64,000 bases of DNA from Gemmatales bacterium (GCA_041640595.1 JBEPZY010000002.1:146984-210983); one strand, 5' to 3'. Numbered from the stretch's first letter, positions 31,701-41,755 are shown. The notes: a model not told the origin generated them from the letters alone. Numbers and translations are program-made.

Positions 31701-31726
31701 AGGCTCAGCAAATCCCGAACGCATGA
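28709..31726 (+). CDS. Atypical Hsp70-family protein with long C-terminal DUF3731-like region
   Basis: IGIDLGTTN, LLEEPQAAFYAW, IDVGGGTTDF and LLGGDNMD. C-terminal LAGFCLRPGFG and WILWRRVAGGL. Confidence 0.88.
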   Translation: MARYCIGIDLGTTNTALAYVDVRRGQDGKIVSFAIPQLVAPGEVGRRMLLPSFLYLAGEHDLPAGASALPWDAQRRYVVGELAREQGARVPGRLVSSAKSWLCHAGVDRQAAILPWNSPADVPRVSPVQASARYLQHLVEAWNWSFAQSDAEARLEKQTIVLTIPASFDEMARQLTLEAARLAGLEHVTLLEEPQAAFYAWMAAGRCEIVGETQPVPVRSAEEALRPGMRCVVIDVGGGTTDFTLIEAVEQQGELALVRQAVGEHLLLGGDNMDLALARYVEQKLGVSGKLDAVTFFQLAQACRRAKEQLLGDNPPASVPVTVIGRGRAVVGSTLSTTLTSDEIAEVLLEGFFPLDPFDAEPQTATRLGLHEMGLPYVSDPAIPHHLAAFLRTFAGERPPEAILFNGGVFQSARLRQRLLTVMQRWYAGHHWQPRVLTNPSLDLAVAWGAAYYGWLRQTGGKRIRSGLARSYYLGIAAGAANSASESAGASDGETLTVLCVAPRQLDEGAEIRLEQPEMLLALGEPVQFPLFASAVRPQDQPGQILRFKSGQLQALPALSTVLKGGKRSAKREIPVTVTARLTEIGTLELGLASRLGEQRWKLEFPVRQTGQAMTTPAASATTSQQEETSVPANPIAETWSEEIVQAAGQAIRQAFASAEPESVRQLPKRLEELLQMPREDWPITLCRQLWPFLAESVSQRWRSPMHVARWYHLAGFCLRPGFGEVLDSHRVEQLWKLLSVPGKGGGPATLRSNDGGPEYWILWRRVAGGLAANLQQAIFDRLRPFLLPQKGKSPPYRPNSHELAEMWRAVASLERLPVASKQALGETLLRQLSRRPWPTYLFWSLTRLGSRQPFYGPWNTVIPAETVTDWLRRLLELQAAISEASPSAPSLAKEAAEVAQSAAKKSPSGLATHEVRDWLFCLTELARRTGIRSLDIEESLRQEVLQLLERLGAPEDWRQAVREGGPRAQAEAGRLFGESLPLGLRLAEPGPAPSAEQAQQIPNA

Positions 31727-32008
31727 CCCCACCGGGGCGGAACTTGCTACTCCGCAGCCGTTATACGTCCGGCCAAACTGCGTCCGCACCTGGTGAAAGA
31801 TTTTTCCACACTTGCCCTTGCCGGTCTGCCTGGTAATCTGGTAAAACATGCGGACTAGACGACGCCCACGTCGGGGCTTATACAATGGCTGCTGGCCAGG
31901 CAGAGGGTATGTCCGTACCTTCCGCGGACCGCAGCCGGTATCGTCTGTGTGTCAACCTCGGAAAACTGCCGAGCGTCCCTGCATCGGCTTTCGCAGGAGG
32001 AACGAAAC

Positions 32009-32299
32009 GTGGCTTTACCGAACCGTGAGGAAATCGAAAAGCGCGTCATTGAAATGATTGCGCAGCAACTCGGCGTCAACCGCGACGAAATCAAACGCGA
32101 AACCAATATCCTCACCGACCTGAACGCGGATTCGCTGGACGTCGTCGAGTTGCTCATGGAACTGGAAGAGGAGTTCCAGATCAAGATTCCGGATGCCGAG
32201 CAGGAAAAAATTCAGACCGTCGGTCAGGCCATAGACCTGATCGAACGCCTACTGCAGGAAAAGGCACAGCAGGAAGTGCAACAGCCGGCGGAGCGCTAA
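32009..32299 (+). CDS. acpP: Acyl carrier protein
   Basis: [20 protein letters not shown] phosphopantetheine motif; GGAGG RBS before GTG at 32009. Confidence 0.97.
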   Translation: MALPNREEIEKRVIEMIAQQLGVNRDEIKRETNILTDLNADSLDVVELLMELEEEFQIKIPDAEQEKIQTVGQAIDLIERLLQEKAQQEVQQPAER

Positions 32300-32303
32300 G
32301 ACC

Positions 32304-33587
32304 GTGGCGGGTCGGCGAGTGGTGATTACCGGGCTGGGCACGTTTACCGCCCTGGGGCCGGATTTAATCCGCGATTTCTGGCAGGGTCTGCTGGCCGGTC
32401 GCAGCGGCATCAGTTACATTGATTTGTTCGACACCAGCGCTTTTCGTGTGCGTTTCGGTGGGCAGATTCATAACTTCAATCCCGAGGCGTACATCGAACC
32501 GCGTCTGGCCCGGCGACTCGACCGCTATGCTCAGTTTGCGCTCATTGCCGCCATGAGTGCGTTGAAAGACAGCGGTCTGGAGTTCGTTCGCACGGGGGAT
32601 GACCAGCCGGGATTCTACCTGCCGCACGAAGACCCCGACCGCGTCGGCGTCGTCATCGGTACCGGCATCGGCGGACTCTCGGAATACGAGGAACAGCACA
32701 GCCGACTCCTGAAAATGGGGCCAGACCGCATCAGTCCGTTCACCATTCCCAAACTGATGGCCAATGCTGCGGCCGGACAGATTTCCATCTATTTGCGGCT
32801 CACCGGACCGAATATCGCCGTCGCCACCGCCTGCGCTTCCAGTGCCCATGCTATCGGCGAGGCGTTTCGCATGATCCAGCGAGGCGAGGCGGATGTGATA
32901 CTGGCCGGCGGTTCGGAAGCGACCATTACGCCGATGGGACTCGGCGGCTTCATTGCTGCGCGAGCACTCTCCGAACGCAACGACGCTCCGCAGCAAGCCA
33001 GCCGACCTTTCGACCGCGACCGGGATGGTTTCGTTCTGGCAGAAGGTGCCGGCGTGCTTGTGCTCGAAGAAGAAAGTCGTGCCCGGCGTCGCGGTGCCAA
33101 TATCTACGCAGAAATTCTCGGTTACGGTGCCACCGCAGATGCCTACAACATCACCGCGCCGCACCCCGACGGTGCCGGGGCTGCCAAGGCCATGCGCAAA
33201 GCTCTCCAGGACGGACGTATCAATCCCGACCAGGTGCAATACATCAACGCCCACGGTACCAGCACGCCGTTGGGCGACGCTGTCGAGACCAAGGCGATCA
33301 AAGCCGTCTTCGGCGATCACGCTTACCGCCTCGCTATCTCCAGCACCAAGAGCATGCTCGGCCACACTCTGGGAGCCAGTGGCGGGATCGAATTGATCGC
33401 CACCGCGCTTTCCATCAAACACGGCGTGGTGCATCCCACCATCAATTACGAAAATCCCGACCCCGAATGCGACCTCGATTACGTTCCCAACACCGCCCGC
33501 GAAATCCCGGTGCGTTACGCCATCTCCAACAGTTTCGGTTTCGGTGGACACAACGCCTGCATCCTTCTGGGCGCGTACACCGGGTAG
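32304..33587 (+). CDS. fabF: 3-oxoacyl-ACP synthase II
   Basis: RRVVITGLG, TACASS, SRPFDRDRDGFVLAEG, INAHGTSTP, SMLGH and SNSFGFGGHN. Confidence 0.98.
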   Translation: MAGRRVVITGLGTFTALGPDLIRDFWQGLLAGRSGISYIDLFDTSAFRVRFGGQIHNFNPEAYIEPRLARRLDRYAQFALIAAMSALKDSGLEFVRTGDDQPGFYLPHEDPDRVGVVIGTGIGGLSEYEEQHSRLLKMGPDRISPFTIPKLMANAAAGQISIYLRLTGPNIAVATACASSAHAIGEAFRMIQRGEADVILAGGSEATITPMGLGGFIAARALSERNDAPQQASRPFDRDRDGFVLAEGAGVLVLEEESRARRRGANIYAEILGYGATADAYNITAPHPDGAGAAKAMRKALQDGRINPDQVQYINAHGTSTPLGDAVETKAIKAVFGDHAYRLAISSTKSMLGHTLGASGGIELIATALSIKHGVVHPTINYENPDPECDLDYVPNTAREIPVRYAISNSFGFGGHNACILLGAYTG

Positions 33588-33680
33588 AATAGTCGGAATG
33601 AAATGCGGCGAATCGCGTAGCTGGTGATGGTGCTGCCAGGCTGCGCGCCGCCGGAGACGAACCACCATCGAGCTTCCCCT

Positions 33681-34805
33681 ATGAGTGCCTCACGCATCCC
33701 GGCTAAGCTGGCCCTGGAAGATGGACTGGTTTTTAGCGGCTTCGCTTTCGGAGCCGAGGGCGAACGTTTCGGCGAAGTCGTGTTCAATACCAGCATCACC
33801 GGTTACCAGGAAATCCTGACCGACCCGTCTTACAAGGGTCAGATTGTGGTGATGACCTATCCGCATATCGGCAATTACGGAGTCAACGCCGAGGATCGGG
33901 AGTCGTCCCGGCCGCAGGTGGAAGGTTTCGTCGTTCGGGAATTTACTCGCCAACCCAGTAACTGCCGGGCCGAGCAAGCCCTGGAAGAATACCTCCGCGC
34001 CTACGGCATCATTGGCATCGAGGGCGTGGACACGCGGGCCCTGGTTCGGCATATCCGCATTCGCGGGGCGATGATGGGCGTGCTCTCCGCCGTGGACCTC
34101 GACGATGCCTCGCTCGTCGAAAAAGCTCGCCGAGCGCCTCCCCTGGTGGGGCGGGACCTGGTGCGGGAAGTCCTTACCAGCGAAGTACGCACCTGGCAGG
34201 AGGGATTCACCAGCCGCTTTGCCGCCGACTTGTTGCCTGCCCGTCCGGCAACGCATCATGTCGTCGCTCTCGATTTCGGCATGAAATGGAACATTCTCCG
34301 GTGTCTGGTGCAGGTGGGTTGTCGTGTGACCGTGTTGCCGGGCACCGCCAGCGCAGAGGAAGTGTTACGGCACAACCCGGACGGTATCTTTCTGTCTAAC
34401 GGTCCCGGCGATCCAGCGGCTCTGGGTTACGCCATCGAAACCATCCGGCATCTCGTCGGCAAAAAACCGATCTTCGGCATCTGTCTTGGGCACCAATTGC
34501 TGGGTCTGGCGCTGGGCGGCGAAACCTTCAAGCTCAAGTTCGGGCATCGCGGGGCCAATCATCCCGTGCTGCACTACGCCACCAACCGCGTGGAAATTAC
34601 CACGCAAAATCACGGTTTTGCCGTCCGTCTGGAAACTTTACCCCGCGACCTGGAACCGACGCATATCAATCTCAATGACCGAACACTGGAAGGCATGCGG
34701 CACCGACGTTTGCCCGTCTTCAGCGTGCAGTACCATCCCGAAGCCTCCGCTGGACCCCATGACAGTTACTACCTGTTCGAGGAATTCCGTCGGCTCATGG
34801 GTTGA
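33681..34805 (+). CDS. carA: Carbamoyl-phosphate synthase small subunit
   Basis: [34 protein letters not shown] and [12 protein letters not shown]. Confidence 0.98.
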   Translation: MSASRIPAKLALEDGLVFSGFAFGAEGERFGEVVFNTSITGYQEILTDPSYKGQIVVMTYPHIGNYGVNAEDRESSRPQVEGFVVREFTRQPSNCRAEQALEEYLRAYGIIGIEGVDTRALVRHIRIRGAMMGVLSAVDLDDASLVEKARRAPPLVGRDLVREVLTSEVRTWQEGFTSRFAADLLPARPATHHVVALDFGMKWNILRCLVQVGCRVTVLPGTASAEEVLRHNPDGIFLSNGPGDPAALGYAIETIRHLVGKKPIFGICLGHQLLGLALGGETFKLKFGHRGANHPVLHYATNRVEITTQNHGFAVRLETLPRDLEPTHINLNDRTLEGMRHRRLPVFSVQYHPEASAGPHDSYYLFEEFRRLMG

Positions 34806-34925
34806 TGTGCCGCGGCGACGGCCTGGCTTGCCCGACCGAACCGCATAGCGGCTCAGGTCTTTGTGAGCTAGAATGACGCGGGCGAAGTCTCGGCGGACTG
34901 CTGGCTGCACTGCTGGGATGCGAAC

Positions 34926-36404
34926 ATGACAGCGACGCAGGCTTTGACCAGGCAAACTATCGCCAACCAGCTGAACGGTGTCTCAGCCGAACTGCTGGCG
35001 GCACTGCGAGCGATTGTCGGTGCGGACGGGGTGCTGACGGCTCCCAGCGATCTGGCGGTTTATGAGTGCGACGGTTACACCATTGCCAAAAATCGCCCCG
35101 ACGTGGTCGTCTTCCCGACCAGCACCGCCCAGGTCGTGGAAATTGTCCGCGTGTGTAACCGTTACAAAGTTCCCTTCCTGCCGCGCGGAGCAGGAACGAG
35201 TTTGTCCGGCGGATGTTTACCAGTTGGTGGCGGCGTGCTGATATGTTTGACACGCATGAAACGCATACTGGAAATCAATTACCGCGACGGTTACGCCGTC
35301 GTTGAGCCGGGCGTGGTCAATCTGTGGCTGACACGGGAAACCTCTCCGCGGGGCTGGCATTTCGCTCCCGATCCGTCCAGCCAGGGAGCGTGTACGATCG
35401 GGGGAAACGTAGCCACCAATTCCGGTGGGCCGCACACGCTGAAATACGGCGTCACCGTCAACCATGTGCTCGGTCTGGAAATTGTCCTGCCCGACGCCAC
35501 GGTGGTTCGCGTGGGCGGGCCGCCTGACGATTTGCCCGGTTACGACCTGACCGGTGTCCTGGTCGGTTCCGAGGGAACACTGGCGATCGTGACGAAGATA
35601 TGGGTGCGACTGACGCGCAATCCGGAAAGCTGGCGGACGCTGCTCGCCGTCTTCGATTCCGTGGACGATGCCACGCAAACTATCAGTGCGATTATCGCGG
35701 CCGGCATCATCCCCGCTGCTCTGGAGATGATGGACCAGCTGATTCTTCAGGCAGTGGAAGCGGCTTTTCACTTCGGCTTTCCTCTGGATGCGGGAGCGGT
35801 TTTGCTCATCGAAGTGGACGGTTTGCAGACCGGGCTGGATGAGGAGGCGGAGCGAATCATGGCTCTGGCTCAGGCTCATCACGCTCGCTCTGTGCGTCTG
35901 GCACGCGATGAGGCTGAGCGCCAGCTTTTGTGGAAATGCCGCAAACAGGCTTTCGGTGCCGTCGGCCGTCTCGCTCCCAGTTATTGCACCCAGGACGGAG
36001 TTGTGCCACGAACGCGTTTACCGGAAATGCTGCGACTCATTCGGCAAATCGGCGAAAAATACCAGATTCGCATCTGCAATGTCTTTCATGCCGGCGACGG
36101 CAATCTTCACCCCATCCTGCTTTTCGATGAACGCGACCCGGATCAGGTTCAGCGCGTGCTGCGAGCCAGCGAGGAGATTCTGGACGCCTGTTTGCAGATG
36201 GGCGGCAGCGTGACCGGCGAACATGGGATCGGCGTCGAAAAGCTGGATTTCATGCCCCGCATGTTCAGCCCCGCCGATCTGGCGATGATGGAGCGGCTCC
36301 GTCGGGCCTTCAATCCTGAAAATTGCCTCAGCCCGGGCAAGATGCTTCCCACAGCCGGTGCCTGTATCGAACCGACACGCCCGGGTCGTCGCGCTGCTCT
36401 CTAG
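34926..36404 (+). CDS. glcD: FAD-linked oxidase, glycolate oxidase subunit GlcD-like
   Basis: RGAGTSLSGG, APDPSSQ.ACTIGGNVATNSGG.H.LKYG, FHAGDGNLHP and TGEHGIG.EK. Confidence 0.92.
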   Translation: MTATQALTRQTIANQLNGVSAELLAALRAIVGADGVLTAPSDLAVYECDGYTIAKNRPDVVVFPTSTAQVVEIVRVCNRYKVPFLPRGAGTSLSGGCLPVGGGVLICLTRMKRILEINYRDGYAVVEPGVVNLWLTRETSPRGWHFAPDPSSQGACTIGGNVATNSGGPHTLKYGVTVNHVLGLEIVLPDATVVRVGGPPDDLPGYDLTGVLVGSEGTLAIVTKIWVRLTRNPESWRTLLAVFDSVDDATQTISAIIAAGIIPAALEMMDQLILQAVEAAFHFGFPLDAGAVLLIEVDGLQTGLDEEAERIMALAQAHHARSVRLARDEAERQLLWKCRKQAFGAVGRLAPSYCTQDGVVPRTRLPEMLRLIRQIGEKYQIRICNVFHAGDGNLHPILLFDERDPDQVQRVLRASEEILDACLQMGGSVTGEHGIGVEKLDFMPRMFSPADLAMMERLRRAFNPENCLSPGKMLPTAGACIEPTRPGRRAAL

Positions 36405-37515
36405 GCGTGCCGCCTGCTGACGGAAGGGAAAGTTGGTAGTAGTCATGGGCGTCGTCGCGCTGCTCTCTGGGCGTGCTGCTTGAACCAACCGCTACCGCCA
36501 TCCTCGCCGACACCGTCAGCGTCTGAGCCCCGGCAACCACACGGACTAGCAGCTGGGGACTCACTCCGCCGGGATTCTCGCCGACACCACCAACGTCTGA
36601 GGCCCGACAACCACACGGACTAGCAGCTGGCGACTCACTGCGCCGGGATTCTCGCCGACACCACCGGCGTCTGAGGCCCGGCAACTCCATCACCGTCGTC
36701 AGCGCTTGTGGAAACCCGCTGCATTGCCGGAAAAGCCGTGCTACCCCTCGGCTGATATCAATTCCACCCACCGGGACCGCGCCAATGGCGTGGCTGGTTC
36801 ACCCTCGTTCATAATCAACTCGGCCGATACCAATTCCACCCACCGGGATTGCGCCTGCCTGATTGCCGGAAAAGTCGTACTACCCGTCGGCCCCCTGCCA
36901 ACATCGAAAACCGTCCTAATGCACACCACGCCGCGAGAGCGACTTACGGCTTTTTCGCCGGGGCTTTCCTGCGAACATCGAAAACGGTCCTAATGCAAAC
37001 CACGCACCGCGGATTGCGGAATTCAGCTCCTCGCGGGATGGCTGCCAACATCGAAAACCGTCCGGATGCAAACCACGCACGCGTTTGTAGTGTGCCCGCG
37101 GAGTTAGCAACCGTTTCTGGCCACGAACTGACGCCCACCGCTCCTGGTTGTGTGGTCGCTAGTCGCTGAATGTCATGCGGCTTCCGAGTGCGTGCGGTTT
37201 TTCGGGGTGGGTTAGCGTTCGCAGCGTTCGCTCCAACAACAAAGTGATCTAGCGCAAGCCCCCATGCCGCGACCGCCAGACGGGTCAGATGTGGGTTAGC
37301 GTTCGCTCCATCAACAAAGCGATCTAGCTCCATTGATGATGACGGCACGATCGTCGGTCGCGTTGAGGTTGGCGTTCACTCCGTCAACAAAGTGATCTAG
37401 CTCCCGTCGGCTTCCGAGTGTGGGCGCTTATTCGGGAAGGTTAGCGGCCTAGCTTTGACTGGCACAAAGTTTGATAACGAAGCCGTGCGGGCGCTTATCC
37501 GGAAAGGTTAGCGGC
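36385..37515. repeat. Stack of six unrelated short direct-repeat families between convergent glcD and parB
   Basis: Anchors 36385/36451; 36503/36577/36651; 36747/36819; 36900/36974/37047; 37237/37312/37385; 37422/37489. A degenerate REP half lies near 37121. Confidence 0.92.
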
Positions 37516-38389
37516 GGAGGTGTTCGAGGAGGCGTTCAAAATCGTCGTTGTTCTGGAAATGGAGAATAATCTGGCCTTTTTCCCTGCCGCGGAGACGGAT
37601 TTCGACACGCGTCGCCAGGCGTTGTCGCAATTCTTCTTCGATGGCCTGAACATGCGGAGTCTTTTCTGCACTCGGGCGGGTGGTGTACCCCTGAGCGTTG
37701 GGGTCGGAAGGATGGCTCTGGACTTCTTCCCGGACAAGCTGTTCGACCGCCCGCACGGATAAGCCGCGGGCAATGATTTCCTGGCAGACTTCTTCCTGGC
37801 GTTGCGGTGAGGGCAGGCTGAGCAAGGCACGGGCATGGCCGAAACTGATTTGTCCAGTACGGATGGCGTCCTGGACACTGGGCGGCAAATCGAGCAAGCG
37901 AATGAAGTTGGTAACCGTGGTGCGATCCACGCCAATTTTGCGGGCCAGTTCTTCATGAGTAACGCCATAACGCTGGATATATTCGGCAAAGCCCTGGGCC
38001 TTTTCGATAGCGTTCAGGTCGCTGCGTTGCAGATTTTCGACGAGAGCGGCCTCGAAAACCTGCTGGTCGTTGAAATCCACAATGCGGACGGGAATCTCCT
38101 TCCAGCCCGCTTCCCGTGCGGCACGAAGGCGTCGTTCACCGACCACCACCTGGTAGCCACGCTCGGTAGGCCGAACCAGAATCGGTTGCAACAACCCGTG
38201 CGTTTGCAGGCTCTGTTTCAGAGCTTCCAGCTCTTCCGGATCGAAATCGCGGCGGGGTTGTAGCGGATTGGCTTCGATCTGATCGAGGGGGACCTGCAGA
38301 ATCGCCCCGGCTGGGTGTTCCGGGGAGTGTTTGTCCACAGCACCGAGCAGAGCTTCCAGCCCTTTTCCGAGCCGACGTTTTTCGGTCAC
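37508..38389 (-). CDS. parB: ParB/Spo0J chromosome partitioning protein
   Basis: RRLGKGLEALL, NPLQPRRDF, GLLQPILV, GERRLRAA, ENLQRSDLNAIE and HTH; GGAGG RBS before GTG at 38389. Confidence 0.96.
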   Translation of the reverse strand: MTEKRRLGKGLEALLGAVDKHSPEHPAGAILQVPLDQIEANPLQPRRDFDPEELEALKQSLQTHGLLQPILVRPTERGYQVVVGERRLRAAREAGWKEIPVRIVDFNDQQVFEAALVENLQRSDLNAIEKAQGFAEYIQRYGVTHEELARKIGVDRTTVTNFIRLLDLPPSVQDAIRTGQISFGHARALLSLPSPQRQEEVCQEIIARGLSVRAVEQLVREEVQSHPSDPNAQGYTTRPSAEKTPHVQAIEEELRQRLATRVEIRLRGREKGQIILHFQNNDDFERLLEHLRR

Positions 38390-38796
38390 GGCGTTCCTCC
38401 CGGCTTCCGACGGGTCGTGGGGAATGCTTGCGGCGATCAAAATGGCCTCGCGTCCGGCGCAGGTCGGCTTCCCGGCTGCGCACTTGCCGGCACCAACCAC
38501 TGAAAGGCTCAGCAGCAGGCCGGCCGCGACGAATGCGCTTCTTCCGCTACCGCCTTATACCACGTGCCGCCCAGCTATGGCAACGCGAATTTACCGTGTC
38601 GCCTGGCCAGACCATTACGCCAGCGGCGCACCGCGTGCGTTTCCGTGAACGCCTGTTATTGGCACGGCCGCAATGTCGTCTAATCGGTTGCCGATACAGC
38701 GTGCGGCAGGTGTTTTTGCCGGCCATCGGTTTGGGATACAATCGGAATAGACCGCGTGGTCGAGGGCAATCCTCAGCAAGCGGAGCGTGATTGGCG

Positions 38797-40134
38797 ATGC
38801 GCATGCGGATTTTTGCGGGGCTGATGGTGGCGGTGTGGTGGTGGGTCGGGCCGACACAGGCGCTGGCAGGAGTGCATTGTTCTGCGGAGACCTATGCCGC
38901 TTTGCCATGCCAGTGGTCCGGCTTCCTGAACGACTGGCGCACGCTCCGCACTATCGCGGTGCCCGACAGAACCGCTGGTTTGGCGGGTAGCCCCGTCGGT
39001 AGCAGCGAAAGACGCCGGCTCTATCAGCAGCGCGTCGAACGCCTGGAAGATCGGCGAAAGCAAGGCCAACTGAGCGCGGATGAGTGGGCCGATCTGGGAG
39101 CGTATTATCTGCGGCTGGGCGAAGTGCATCGGGCGGCCGAGGTGCTTCAGCAGGCGTATCAACGCCACCCGCATCACTTTGCCGTCGTCGCCAACCTGGG
39201 CACTGCCTGGCAACGGTTGGGCAATCTGGAGCGCTCGGCGGCATTGCTGGAGCAAGCCGTCTCGCTGGCCCCGCCTCGCTGGCGCAGGTTTGAGGAATAC
39301 CACTGGCGATTGGTGCAGCAGCGGTTGAAGAGCAACAATGCTGGCCAGCTGATGCTGGACGACCTGTTCGGTGTGCACTACGGCCAGCTCAACGGTTCGT
39401 ATGAGCCGGGCCGATTGCCTCCCGAACAACGCCAACGCCTGCCGGAGGATGCGCTGGCTATTGTGCAGCAACTGGTGTTGTGGTTACCCGAAGATGTGGC
39501 GCTGGTGTGGCAACTGGCGGAACTGGCGGCTGTGTATGGCGACCTCAAGACGGCCGGGCTGCTGTTCGACTGGCTGGTAACTGCTGCTGCCGTGGCTTCG
39601 CCGGAAGTGCGAGCACGACGCCAGATCGTTCGGCAGCGGTTGCAGGAAATGGCCAATAAGCCGGATTCGCCAGCGGGTCATGCGAATCACCCACCGATCG
39701 CGTTTCGCTCGCGGCGAGCCTTGCTCGGCAGTCAGTTCGATGCCAGTTCTCTGCCTCCGGTGCGACGCGATGACGTCAACCCGTTGCCCTGGGGATTGCT
39801 GCTCGACACGCATCTGGATCAACGGTTACGCCCGACTTTTCCCCAACGGCTGCAAGATTTGAACGGCCACCTGGTGAGCATCACCGGCTTTTTGCAGCCG
39901 CTGGGCGAAGAAATCGAAGGCCGGCTCTTTATGCTCCTGGAATATCCTGTCAGTTGCTGGTATTGCGAAATGCCGGAACCGACCGGGATTGTTCTGGTGG
40001 AAATAGCCGAGGGAAAAACTGCCGCATGGCAACCACATCTGGTCAAGGTGGTTGGTCGGCTCCGTCTCAACGCCAGCGATCCGGAAGATTTCCTGTTCCA
40101 GATCAAAAACGCCACCATTACAACGCCGGACTAA
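38797..40134 (+). CDS. Exported TPR protein with C-terminal DUF3299-like domain
   Basis: Signal peptide and TPR-like helices (DLGAYYLRLG, NLGTAWQRLG). C-terminal LNGHLVSITGFLQPL...FMLLEYPVSCWYCEMP. Confidence 0.72.
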   Translation: MRMRIFAGLMVAVWWWVGPTQALAGVHCSAETYAALPCQWSGFLNDWRTLRTIAVPDRTAGLAGSPVGSSERRRLYQQRVERLEDRRKQGQLSADEWADLGAYYLRLGEVHRAAEVLQQAYQRHPHHFAVVANLGTAWQRLGNLERSAALLEQAVSLAPPRWRRFEEYHWRLVQQRLKSNNAGQLMLDDLFGVHYGQLNGSYEPGRLPPEQRQRLPEDALAIVQQLVLWLPEDVALVWQLAELAAVYGDLKTAGLLFDWLVTAAAVASPEVRARRQIVRQRLQEMANKPDSPAGHANHPPIAFRSRRALLGSQFDASSLPPVRRDDVNPLPWGLLLDTHLDQRLRPTFPQRLQDLNGHLVSITGFLQPLGEEIEGRLFMLLEYPVSCWYCEMPEPTGIVLVEIAEGKTAAWQPHLVKVVGRLRLNASDPEDFLFQIKNATITTPD

Positions 40135-41459
40135 TGCAGTCGGCGGCGGATTTCGTTTTCCAGCTGGGCTAACTGCGAGCTATCCAGCCCTTCCGTTCGC
40201 CACAGGATGTTCCCCTGTTCGTCGAGGAGAATGAGTGTGGGAAAGCTGTGCACTGCCAGGGCGTTTTTGACCGGGCAGTGGTCACCCTGGCCGAGCAAAA
40301 CGCGGTAATTCAAACCCAAACGCTGGCGGACGAAATTGACCCGTTGCTGCTGCTCCGCAGGGGAACCGTCCTCGTAAGCAATGCCGATCACCTGCAAGCC
40401 ACGCGGACCGTAACGCCGCTGCAAATCTACCAGATGCGGCAGGCTGTTCAGGCATGGACGGCACCAGGTGCCCCAGAAATCGAGCAACGTCAGTCGCGCC
40501 GGGGCTTCTCGCCAGTGAAACGCCTGCCCGGAAAGATCGAACAGGGCGAAATCTTCCAGCCGATTGGCAACGACGCGGCACGCCGGCACCGACAATAATT
40601 GCGGCGTGGCCGACCTCTGCGGCCCAGCAGCCGCGCCAGGCCACGGAACGGAATTGACCAGCGGCCCTGCGGGTACCTCCTTCAGCATCGGTGAGCCAGC
40701 CGGCGAGCCGATATTTGGAGCCAAACCGCGACCGGGAATCTCCAGGCGAGGCGAAACCGGCGACGGATTCGGTTTCGGGCCCGGTGCACCGACAGGGATA
40801 GCGGGAGTGGCTGGGCCGTCTCCGTTGGGTTGACCTGCACCCTTGGCCGAACCCCAGTTGCCTGGGCTCCAGGGACTTCCATCCATGCGCTGAGTGTTGG
40901 CCGGACGCCAGCTCTGCGGACTGGCTGTAGGCGAACCACTTTCCTCCGGCTTACGGGCTGCGTTGTTGCCGGGGCCATGACCCGACTCGTTCTCGGACAA
41001 ATCTTCGCGGACGATGATGTTGACCACGACATTCGGCGGAGTGGCATAAGTAACGCCGGTCAAGAGCTTCTCCCCCAGCCGGACTTTGGCGACGAGCTTG
41101 TAACGCTGTCCTGGTTTCAGCCCCTGGACGACGAAGTAACCCTGAGCATCGGTTTGCACCTCGCGGGGAGCCTCACCGCCATCCGCTAGGCTGACCTGAA
41201 TGGTAGCGTAGGGCCGGCGTTGATGATACACGTCAATCACCTGCCCCGCCAGAATTCCGCTCCCCTGACTGGACGTGGTGCGACCGGGCGGTGAGGGTGG
41301 CGGCGGCGATGTCGGGCTTTCGGGAACGAGAGTGGTATTTTGTTCCGGCGGTTTATTCCCCTTCTGGCCGGAGAAAACGGGCCAGTTTTTCGGGTTCAGG
41401 GCGGCACAACTGCACAACCCGAAGCAAATCGCCAGTCCCAGAATCCCTAGCCGACGCAC
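40131..41459 (-). CDS. TlpA-like thiol-disulfide oxidoreductase, lipoprotein with carboxypeptidase-regulatory-like domain and Pro/Gly linker
   Basis: LLDFWGTWCRPC and FPTLILLD. Signal-like VRRLGILGLAICFGLCSC suggests a GTG start at 41459. Confidence 0.85.
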   Translation of the reverse strand: MRRLGILGLAICFGLCSCAALNPKNWPVFSGQKGNKPPEQNTTLVPESPTSPPPPSPPGRTTSSQGSGILAGQVIDVYHQRRPYATIQVSLADGGEAPREVQTDAQGYFVVQGLKPGQRYKLVAKVRLGEKLLTGVTYATPPNVVVNIIVREDLSENESGHGPGNNAARKPEESGSPTASPQSWRPANTQRMDGSPWSPGNWGSAKGAGQPNGDGPATPAIPVGAPGPKPNPSPVSPRLEIPGRGLAPNIGSPAGSPMLKEVPAGPLVNSVPWPGAAAGPQRSATPQLLSVPACRVVANRLEDFALFDLSGQAFHWREAPARLTLLDFWGTWCRPCLNSLPHLVDLQRRYGPRGLQVIGIAYEDGSPAEQQQRVNFVRQRLGLNYRVLLGQGDHCPVKNALAVHSFPTLILLDEQGNILWRTEGLDSSQLAQLENEIRRRLH

Positions 41460-41755
41460 CTGGTGGCCCTCACAGGAAAGTTCCTCCTGGACCGCTGCTG
41501 CTTCAATCTTTCCCTCACCTTGGCCCAGGTGCAACCTCGCCGGTGCAAAACGGGAATATTTTGGCCGGGGCTTAGCAGCTAAGTCGGCTAAGCTCCGCGC
41601 AGTTGCTCTGCCCGCCCTCTTTTCTGCCATCGGAATTTCCATACAAGAGTCATCAAAAAGCCATGGCGTCCATCGCTGCCGCGACGAATTTCCCGGTGGG
41701 AATGCGAGCGTGGCAGCGACCCGCGCGAAGCGCACAAAACGAAGGGAGAATCGCA

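Noticed and set aside
32364..33668. 434-aa antisense ORF over fabF (likewise 62372..63739, 59278..60603, 56051..57235)
   Set aside because: Shadow ORFs typical of high-GC coding sequence opposite well-supported genes.
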